From Gemmatimonadota bacterium (GTDB lineage: Bacteria > Gemmatimonadota > Gemmatimonadetes > Palauibacterales > Palauibacteraceae), in the NCBI GenBank assembly GCA_963666735.1, contig OY762926.1, forward strand, positions 2,016,001 to 2,080,000: DNA of 64,000 nucleotides, written 5' to 3'. The notes under the pieces are model-generated. The model did not search any database. It was not told where the DNA came from and was given only the letters and a program-made list of their open reading frames with translations. The translations under genes were made by a program, and so were the position numbers. This document shows, piece after piece, positions 20,645 to 28,202 of the stretch (its first letter is position 1; each line of letters begins with the position of its first letter).

Positions 20645-20719
20645 ATCATATGATATCCTTGGCGGCGTGAACCAGCACACGAACTCCGTTTCACAAGCAC
20701 TAGTGCGATCATATGATCG
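20645..20719. promoter_or_regulatory. Twin palindromic operator upstream of the TA-ATPase operon
   Basis: ATCATATGAT at 20645-54 and CGATCATATGATCG at 20706-19; also GCACTAGTGC at 20697-706; AT-rich relative to flanks. Confidence 0.6.
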
Positions 20720-20728
20720 ACATCTCGC

Positions 20729-21115
20729 TTGAGATCCGCAGAAGATCGCTCGAAACAGGACAAAGCGGACCAGTATCCACAGATACGCGGACAGCCGATC
20801 GCCCTGGTCCGGAACGGCAGGCGGAAAGCTGCCTTTACTCACGAGCGGCCGGCCGATGTTCGTTTTCGCGAGGTACTTCGTCCCGAGTCTGGATTTCCGC
20901 TGACCGAGCGTGGCATGTGGGAAGAGATCGTACGTCTTCTGGATTCGGGAGTGCGGTTGACCTGTCTCCCGCTGCGCCAGCCCCCCGGCGAGAAGGCTTG
21001 GGTGTTTCGAGCGAGACTCGCCCCCGGTTTTCCGGTCATCTACGTAAAGCTGCAGATGCTGGGCGGTACCGTACTCGTACGCAGCTTCCACCCCAGTGAG
21101 CGTGGCCATGAATAA
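20729..21115 (+). CDS. MqsR-like (RelE-fold) toxin; start uncertain
   Basis: C-terminal IYVKLQ.....VLVRSFH resembles MqsR-like RNases; lies immediately before a Zn-ribbon/HTH gene. Confidence 0.6.
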   Translation: MRSAEDRSKQDKADQYPQIRGQPIALVRNGRRKAAFTHERPADVRFREVLRPESGFPLTERGMWEEIVRLLDSGVRLTCLPLRQPPGEKAWVFRARLAPGFPVIYVKLQMLGGTVLVRSFHPSERGHE

Positions 21116-21532
21116 GATCGCCTCGAAACCAACCGTCCTCGGCCGGATCGTCGGTCCCGAGACCTGCGAGATGTGCGGAAGTCCTGGGTTGAAGACCGAA
21201 CTTGTGCGAAATCCATTCACCTATGGGGTTGGGTCCGACGCCGTGGAACTCAGCGCTGACATCCCCGTCCACACGTGCGAGACCTGCGTGGTCTCGTTTA
21301 CGGATGAAGCGGCGGAGAACATTCAACACGACGCCGTGTGCCGACACCTTGGTGTCCTCACGCCGGACGAGATCCATGCCCTCCGCAGGAGCCACGACAT
21401 GACTCGCGCGGCCTTCGCCCGGCTGACCGGCTTCGGCGAAGCAACTGGGCTTACCCCGTTTTAGTGGACAGGTGAAAGTGGTGGTTTCCTCCATTCTCGC
21501 CACCTCGCGGGAGAGGGCCGCGGCCCGGGGGG

Positions 21533-22400
21533 TCACGCCGCCTCTCCTTTCTCGCGCGCCTCGAAGCTGGCGGGCGACTCGTAGCCGAGGCTCGAGTGCC
21601 GCCGGCGCGGGTTGTACCAGCCCTCGATGAACCGGAACACCCCCCGGCGGGCCTCGCCGGGCGTCCGGAACGAGCGCCGCCAGATCAGTTCGCACTCCAG
21701 CGTGGCGAAGAACGACTCGCACATGGCGTTGTCGTAAGCGTCGCCCACCGAGCCCATCGAGGGCCTGACCCCGGCCCTCCGGCAGCGCCCGCCGAAGGCG
21801 TAGGACGTGTACTGGCTGCCTTGGTCGCTGTGGTGGATCACCCCGTCGGGGCGCCGCTGCGCCAGCGCCATGTCGAAGGCATCCAGCACCAGGGACGTCC
21901 TCAGGTGCGTCGCCATCGACCAGCCCACGATGCGGCGGCTCCAGGCGTCGAGCACGACGGCCAGATAGAGGAAGCCCGCCCAGGTCGGCACGTACGTGAT
22001 GTCGGCCACCCAGAGTTCGTCGGGTCCGGAGGCCGAGAAGTCTCGGTCCACGAGATCCGGCGCGGGCCTGGACTTCGCGGCCCGCTTCGTCGTACTGCCC
22101 TTGCGGCGCCGGCTCACCCCTTCGATCTCCGCCGCCCGCATCAGCCGCGCCACCCGGCCCACACCCGCCTCGCGGCCCCGCGCCTTGAGTTCCGCATGGA
22201 CCCGCGGCGCCCCGTACGTCCCCCCGCTCATGGCGTGGATCTCGACGATCTCCGCACTGAGCGCCTCGTTCTCCCGCGCCCGCCGAGACGGCTCCCGCGT
22301 CCGCCACGCATAGTACCCGCTCGGGGAGAGACCCAGCAGGCGGCACATCACGCGCACGGGATACATGGCCTGGTGATCGCTCACGAACCGGAACCCCCCC
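21533..22400 (-). CDS. IS3 OrfB, DDE transposase catalytic part (5' boundary at frameshift window, approximate)
   Basis: TYGAPRV, WVADITY, HHSDQGSQY, YDNAMCESFF, WYN..RRHSSLGY. Confidence 0.92.
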
Positions 22401-22689
22401 GGGGGATCGATCCGCTCTCCTTGGCGAACCAGGCCGTGGCTTTTGCCAATATGTCGCGCTCGATCTTCACCCGGCGAAGCTCGCGCTTCAGTTCCCGGAC
22501 TTCCTTGCGCTCGACCGTCGTCAGACCGTCGGTGCGACGCCCCTCGTCCAGGTCGGCCCGCTCCACCCAGCGCCGGATCGCCGTCGCCGAGGGCTCGAAC
22601 TCGCGAGCCAGCCGGTCCGCGCTCCGTCCCGCACGGACCAGTTCCACCATCCGCGCCTTGTACTCCGGCGCGTATCTCCGTCCCGACAT
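22381..22689 (-). CDS. IS3 OrfA (HTH plus coiled coil)
   Basis: MSGRRYAPEYKARMVELV, LAREF...AIRRWV, ELKRELRRVKIERDILAKA; GGAGG SD. Confidence 0.9.
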   Translation of the reverse strand: MSGRRYAPEYKARMVELVRAGRSADRLAREFEPSATAIRRWVERADLDEGRRTDGLTTVERKEVRELKRELRRVKIERDILAKATAWFAKESGSIPRGGSGS

Positions 22690-22993
22690 GTGACACCTCC
22701 TCGTTGTGACCAACGCTCAAAGGTGTCCACCAAATCGGGGTAACTCCAGCAACTCTTGCACGGTGGGAGCGTCGCGACGTGATCCAGAACACTTCTTGCG
22801 ACCGGTATCTGCGGCTGCTGCTGTATGGTGCGAACGTCGACCGCCTTCGGGCGCTGGTCTCGGATACCTCACCTGAGGGGCCGGGTGTGGTAGGCACGCG
22901 CGCGACAGTGCGGTTCGTCCACCTTTCCGTTGAACGCCAGCGATCCTTCCGGCGCGACACCGCCGGATGGCGCCCTCGGGGCGTGGCCGCCTG

Positions 22994-24886
22994 ATGTACG
23001 TCGCCACGTTCTACTCCTACAAGGGCGGTGTTGGCCGAACGCTAGCCCTGCTCAATGTAGCGTACGAGATGGCCGATACCGGGCTCAAGGTGCTCGTCGT
23101 CGATTTCGATCTTGAGGCACCTGCCATCCGCGCCGACCGCTGGAAGTCGCGTGGCACCGGGATTACTGCCGCAACTGCCGCCAGTTCCGACCACGCCGGG
23201 ATGGTGGAGTACGTAGGCACATATCTCGATACGGGGCAGGCTCCACTTGTGGCCGACTACGTCGTCGACGCCACGCCCGACGAGTGTGCGGGCGAAATCG
23301 GACTGATGCCGGCTGGGCGGATTAACGACAGTTACGGTGATCGCCTGAACCAGATCGACTGGAACGCCCTCTACGCAGACCACGATGGGTATCTGATGTT
23401 CGAGGACCTGCGGGCGCAGTGGGAGACTCTCGGCTTCCATTACGTCCTCGTGGATTCCCGCACCGGCTTTACCGATGTCGGAGGCATATGCACCCGTCAC
23501 TTACCAGACGCCGTCGTCACGATGTTTCGCCCAGACGACCAGAGTCTGCGGGGTATCAGTGGTGTGGTTCAGTCCATCCGCAACGAGAAAACAACACCGC
23601 GACGGAAGCATGCAATCAACTTGCATTTTGTCATGGCTTCGATCCCCGCCGCCGACGACGAGGATGGGATCCTAGCGGAACATCGTAGGGCCTTCGCTGA
23701 ACACCTCTCCATCCCACGCGGCCACCTTCTCGAGGTCAAGCAATACCAAAGCATGGACCTCTTGACGCAGCCCATCTACACTCGCACGCGGCCGCGCACA
23801 TCCCTGGCTCGCTCTTATCAGGCGCTTGCAAAGGGGATTCGTGCTCTCAACGTGCTCGACCGCGACGGAGTGCGGGATTATCTGCGGCACGCTGGGAAAC
23901 GCCGGCGTTTCCCCAAAGACGACGACTACCTCAAGCGGATCCGGCAAGAGTACGATCAAGACGCGAGCGTGCTGGGGGAGCTTGCCGCGGCCCAATACTA
24001 CCGAGGCTTCATCATCGACGCGGTGGATCTCCTCGAGGCAATGGCGGAGCTGGGGCCTCTGAGTACGAGTCACCAGATGACGCTGGCCGAAGCTCGTCAC
24101 GTCACAGATGATCACGAGGGTGCTGCCAAGGCACTCAAGACGTTCTTTCAGAGCTCGGTTGACGACTCGGATTCCACCGATCCGGAGACCACCTACCGAC
24201 TCGTCCTCCGCGGTCTCAACATGCTGGAAGGACGGGGCGAGGACCGCGCTTCCTACGTTGACGGAAGTCCGGTCATTCGCCGGCTGTCGTCGCCTGACCA
24301 GGCAGCCGTGGCCGGGACTCTAGATCTGTCACCATCCGAGGGGCGCGTCGCAGCCGCAATCCTCGAGAGTGTCCTGCGCGACCCGGAGCTATCCTCAGAG
24401 GAAGGGGAGCGGTGGAAATGGGCGCTAGCGTTCGCTCTTATGACCACGGGCCGCTTTGCGGATGCCAGGGTCTACTTCGTAGAGGCCTCTGAGCAGCCGC
24501 CAAGTCCGTCGCTAGTTCCCTCGATCTTCAACTTGGCGATGGCGATTTGGGCGGATACCGGTACACCAGATCGGGAAGCGTTCAGACGGGTGTTGGAGGC
24601 GGTCGAGGCCGAAGAGGACACATCGACCTGGCTGAACGACAACGCGAACGCCCTTCAGGCGCTTGCGGTCGCGGCGTGGTTCGCAGGAAGGCGGGATGAA
24701 GCGCACGCACACCTGAAGGCGGCAGAAGACGCTATCAAGAGCCGCAAGACGATGATCAGCTGCTGGTCCTACACTCGGGTTTCACGAGACGAATTCCGGG
24801 CCCATTGTGGTGAGATACGTACCTTGCTATCCGGGTCAGACATCGAGCCTGCCTTCATGCGGAGGAATGCCCCTCCAGCACCGTGA
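22994..24886 (+). CDS. KGGVGR-motif ParA/MinD-like ATPase with C-terminal TPR-like helical repeats
   Basis: TFYSYKGGVGRT, VLVVDFDLEAP, YVLVDSRTG..D..GICT..LPD; Ala-rich helical repeats; TGATG coupling to the antitoxin stop. Confidence 0.85.
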   Translation: MYVATFYSYKGGVGRTLALLNVAYEMADTGLKVLVVDFDLEAPAIRADRWKSRGTGITAATAASSDHAGMVEYVGTYLDTGQAPLVADYVVDATPDECAGEIGLMPAGRINDSYGDRLNQIDWNALYADHDGYLMFEDLRAQWETLGFHYVLVDSRTGFTDVGGICTRHLPDAVVTMFRPDDQSLRGISGVVQSIRNEKTTPRRKHAINLHFVMASIPAADDEDGILAEHRRAFAEHLSIPRGHLLEVKQYQSMDLLTQPIYTRTRPRTSLARSYQALAKGIRALNVLDRDGVRDYLRHAGKRRRFPKDDDYLKRIRQEYDQDASVLGELAAAQYYRGFIIDAVDLLEAMAELGPLSTSHQMTLAEARHVTDDHEGAAKALKTFFQSSVDDSDSTDPETTYRLVLRGLNMLEGRGEDRASYVDGSPVIRRLSSPDQAAVAGTLDLSPSEGRVAAAILESVLRDPELSSEEGERWKWALAFALMTTGRFADARVYFVEASEQPPSPSLVPSIFNLAMAIWADTGTPDREAFRRVLEAVEAEEDTSTWLNDNANALQALAVAAWFAGRRDEAHAHLKAAEDAIKSRKTMISCWSYTRVSRDEFRAHCGEIRTLLSGSDIEPAFMRRNAPPAP

Positions 24887-24933
24887 CTGGCATTGTAGGC
24901 GATGGATTCGGGCACCCCTTGCCTTCATCAGAG

Positions 24934-26463
24934 TCAGTCGCCGATGGGGGGTACGGCCTCCATCAGCAGGGCGATCGCGGCGTTCAGGTTCTCCCCGCCT
25001 GGGCCGGCGCCCGTGTACTTTCCGAGGCGGGTGATGACGAGGCCGCGCGCCGGGATGAACACCGTGTACTGGCCGCCGGCGCCCGCGAAGGCGCCGTAGT
25101 CGTCGTCGATCGGGAACCCGAGGTCCTTCCACACGAAACCGCCGCCGTAGACGGGACGTCCGTCGGCGATCCAGGCCGGGGCGACCTCCATCGCGTAGTC
25201 CACGTAGCCCTCCGGGAGGATGCGCTCGCCCTCCCACACGCCGTCCTGCAGGTAGAGGTTGCCGAGCCGCGCCCAGTCGCGCGCGGAGCCGAACTCGTAG
25301 CCCTGCGTGAGGAAGTTTCCGTTCGGGTCCGTCTCCATGACGAAGTTCCGGATCCCGAGCTTGTCGAACAGGTTCCGCTGCGGGAAGGCGTGATAGTCCT
25401 CGCCGCGTCCCTCCACGCCGAGGCGGACCAGGTAGTTGGTGAGCGCCGGGTCGGTGTTCCTGTATCGTCCCACCGTGTTCGGCTCCCACTGCTGCGGGCG
25501 GGTGGCCGCCCACTCGAAGGCGTTCTCGCCCGTATAGAGGTAGAGGTGGTCGGGATACCCCATCTCCTCCGTGTATCCGGGGTCCTGCGGCGCGACGATC
25601 CGGATGCCGCTCGACATGCGCATGATGTCGCCGATGCGGATGTCCCTTCGGTCATCGCCCTGCCATTCCGGGAGCGGGGCGGGCTGCCACAGCTCGTACA
25701 CGCCCTGCTGGATGAGGACGGCCATCAGCGTGCCGGTGAGCGACTTCCCCTTGGACCAGCTCTCCAGCGGCGAGTGCATGTCGACATCCGGGCCGTAGCC
25801 CTCGCCGATGATCCGGCCCTTGTAGGTGACGACAAAGCCCAGCGTCTTCCCCTCCTGGTCCATCGCGATCTCGACCGCCTGCCCGACCTTGTCCATGTCG
25901 ATCTCGGGCGGATACGGCTCGTCGGGGAGCACGTCCCCCATGGGCCACGGCGTGGTGGCCGGATCCGGGGTGTTGGGCTCGACCACGGACGGGGTGAAGT
26001 AGATCGAGTCCCGGCCCAGCGGATGCGTGATGCAGCCCTGGCTGCCGTACAGCTTGGCCGTGCGCGTGATCCCCGAGCCGAGGGTCAGGCTCACGGTCTG
26101 CGCCTCCATGTCGACGACCGTGTCGACGACCGCGCCCCGGTGCTGGAAGGGCGCTGTGAAGCCGCCCACGTTGGCGGCCGCGTCGCGCCAGTCGAGGCCC
26201 GTGATGAACGTCCCGGAGCAGAGCGTCTTCGCGAACCCCGCCGTGTGGTGCACGATCGGCTCGCCCGGCGGCGGATCCCATTCGGTGGGCAACTCGAGAG
26301 ATTCCCCGCGCGCGATCACCCGGTCCATAACGGATTCGCCGGAGGCTTCCTCCCCGCCGGCCTCGCCGCCGTCGCCCGGCGCACAAGCCGGAAATCCAAG
26401 GAGAGAAAGCGAAAACGCGACACACAGGTGCGCCAGGGAAGCTCGATCACGGATGCAACGCAT
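24934..26463 (-). CDS. Serine hydrolase, beta-lactamase class C-like, probable lipoprotein
   Basis: SxxK in SWSKGKS, YxN in GRYRN, ARDWARLG.LYLQDG.W.GERIL, GAGGQY; signal ending PAC. Confidence 0.88.
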   Translation of the reverse strand: MRCIRDRASLAHLCVAFSLSLLGFPACAPGDGGEAGGEEASGESVMDRVIARGESLELPTEWDPPPGEPIVHHTAGFAKTLCSGTFITGLDWRDAAANVGGFTAPFQHRGAVVDTVVDMEAQTVSLTLGSGITRTAKLYGSQGCITHPLGRDSIYFTPSVVEPNTPDPATTPWPMGDVLPDEPYPPEIDMDKVGQAVEIAMDQEGKTLGFVVTYKGRIIGEGYGPDVDMHSPLESWSKGKSLTGTLMAVLIQQGVYELWQPAPLPEWQGDDRRDIRIGDIMRMSSGIRIVAPQDPGYTEEMGYPDHLYLYTGENAFEWAATRPQQWEPNTVGRYRNTDPALTNYLVRLGVEGRGEDYHAFPQRNLFDKLGIRNFVMETDPNGNFLTQGYEFGSARDWARLGNLYLQDGVWEGERILPEGYVDYAMEVAPAWIADGRPVYGGGFVWKDLGFPIDDDYGAFAGAGGQYTVFIPARGLVITRLGKYTGAGPGGENLNAAIALLMEAVPPIGD

Positions 26464-26597
26464 GGGTGATCCTCCGGTTCGTCCAGGTACGGTTGGGCTC
26501 ATGTGCTCAGTCCGGCAGCGCGGCCTTCGACTGCTGCAGCGTCTGATGAACGTGGTCCGAGCGATTGCGCGTGACAAGCGGGGCGGCGGCGAGACCT

Positions 26598-28076
26598 TCA
26601 GCCCCCGAGCAGCCACGCGAGCAACGCCGTGGGAACGGCGGACAGCTCGGGATCGTCCAGGTCCAGCGCCCGCCTCGTCGCGACGAGGCCGCGCCAGGGA
26701 GATGCCCTCAGGGTGGGGGCAGCCCGCTTCCACCGGTCCCCGTCCACGTACTTCGACTCGATCGCGAGCCCCCCGAACCCGGGCCCGGTGAAGTCGATCT
26801 CCTTGCGGCTGGGCGTCCGGTGATGGAGAACGGCATCGAAGTTCGGGTACCCTCCCGGATCCCTGCGCAGGAAGGAGCGGACCAGGGTCATCCCCAGCTG
26901 CTGCTCGGAGAGGAGCGATAGGTCGACCGGTCTCCGGGGACGCGCCGACAGCACCGCGAAGATGGGGTCGGTAAAGTACGTCTTTTCCTGTGACCGGAGG
27001 GCCGGCGCGAGGCGGTGTTCGCGGTAGCAGGGCCACACGACGAAGCTTTCACGGAGCGCATCGATCCGGCGGCGGACGGTGTTGGCCGACGTGCCGGTGT
27101 CGGAGGCAATATCGCTGCGGTTGGTCGGCGACCCGATGCCGGTCGCCAGTCGGCTCACGAAGGCATCGGTGTGCGCGCGCGACCAGGCGGACTGCCCGAA
27201 AGCCTCTCCCCGGATCACGTCGAGCAGGCTCTCCTTGAGGGCGCGGGCGATCGGCCCGCCGCCTGTTTCGGGGCTCGGGGCGTCGGTCGCGGCGTGTGCC
27301 GCCACGGCCTGTGGAAACCCGCCGACCGCGAGGTACGTCTCCCATCCGTGTACGAGATCCGGCAGCCACGGCGCCAGCCTCCTCGCGGCTTCGTCCAGAA
27401 CCTCGGGCGTCAAGCCGGCCACCGGCAGAGGCGCTCCACCGGCGGGCGGGAGCCTCCCCCTTTCTCCTTCCGCGTCATCCTGCACCCGCAGGAAGCTCCG
27501 GAAGGACATGGGCAGGAGCACGCGGTCCGAGTCCACCGCGCCGCCGCGCCGCCCGGCGAAGGCCTTGACCGCTTCCGTCAGGTCGCGCGCGGAGGAGCCG
27601 GTGAGGACCACAGTATCCAGTCCGAAGCGCAGATCGTTGTCACGCAGCCACTTGATCGCCGGCGGCCATCCGTCCGGGATGGCCGTGATCTCGTCGAAGA
27701 ACCAGAAGCGGCGCCCCGAGGGGGGAGTGATCGAGGCTGCGGCGTCGACGACTCGTCTGAGGTCTGCGGCGGCGAATTCGTCGGCCGCAACGTGGATAAT
27801 GCGGCGGGGATCCTCGCCGCGCTCGATGAGACTCTGGACCGTCTTCTTGATCTCGACCGACTTGCCGACCCGCCGCGGCCCGCGAAGCACGTAGAGGCCG
27901 CCCGGAACGAGCGCCTCAAGCACGCCGGCGGTGTATTCGAACGGAGCCTCCCGGGCCCGGCGCAGGTCCGGGTCGCGCCGAACCCATCCGTCGGGGTCCG
28001 TCCACCAGCCGATACGGGTCAGGATGTCGCGCAGTTCAGCTGTGCTGTGCAGGATCGCCCCCGGAGTGACGCCCAA
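26598..28076 (-). CDS. AAA_14 ATPase with C-terminal DUF4143 (PD-(D/E)xK-like) domain; start uncertain
   Basis: GPRRVGKS, FFDEI, LTGSS, AGRRG, YL.VGGFP, KTYFTDP, EIDF...IESK. Confidence 0.85.
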   Translation of the reverse strand: MGVTPGAILHSTAELRDILTRIGWWTDPDGWVRRDPDLRRAREAPFEYTAGVLEALVPGGLYVLRGPRRVGKSVEIKKTVQSLIERGEDPRRIIHVAADEFAAADLRRVVDAAASITPPSGRRFWFFDEITAIPDGWPPAIKWLRDNDLRFGLDTVVLTGSSARDLTEAVKAFAGRRGGAVDSDRVLLPMSFRSFLRVQDDAEGERGRLPPAGGAPLPVAGLTPEVLDEAARRLAPWLPDLVHGWETYLAVGGFPQAVAAHAATDAPSPETGGGPIARALKESLLDVIRGEAFGQSAWSRAHTDAFVSRLATGIGSPTNRSDIASDTGTSANTVRRRIDALRESFVVWPCYREHRLAPALRSQEKTYFTDPIFAVLSARPRRPVDLSLLSEQQLGMTLVRSFLRRDPGGYPNFDAVLHHRTPSRKEIDFTGPGFGGLAIESKYVDGDRWKRAAPTLRASPWRGLVATRRALDLDDPELSAVPTALLAWLLGG

Positions 28077-28127
28077 CCGTCGGATGGAGGATATTGTGCA
28101 CCAAATCCGCCATCGCCTGGAAGAAAA

Positions 28128-28155
28128 AGTATACATAATCTCCCATGGATGCCAA
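28128..28155 (-). promoter_or_regulatory. Sigma70-like promoter for the AAA/DUF4143 gene
   Basis: Minus strand TTGGCA, 16-bp spacer, TATACT in an AT-rich patch. Confidence 0.5.
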
Positions 28156-28202
28156 TTCTGCGCACAGGACGTTCCCGCGGGAACGTCTCCGGTTCTCCTC
28201 GG

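Larger units (their letters stand above)
21446..22748 (-). mobile_element. IS3-family insertion sequence, 1303 bp
   Basis: TG...CA ends; 25-bp imperfect inverted repeats (21/25 match); 5-bp target duplication GCAAC at 21441-45 and 22749-53. Confidence 0.95.
21108..22994 (+). pseudogene. MqsA-like antitoxin (CxxC...CxxC Zn ribbon plus Xre HTH), split by IS3
   Basis: 21108-21445 (CEMC...CETC...LTPDEIHALR...FARLTGFGEA) joins in frame to 22754-22994 (TLARWERRDVIQN...RYLRLL) once the IS and one target copy are removed; 192 aa. Confidence 0.85.

Noticed and set aside
20713..21099. Alternative ATG-started ORF over the toxin
   Set aside because: No recognisable motif beyond the first few residues; the 20729 frame carries the toxin-like motif, though a 5' frameshift cannot be excluded
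21533..22960. Single 475-aa transposase ORF
   Set aside because: It starts outside the IS end; the upstream part is an incidental open frame and the element has OrfA/OrfB organisation
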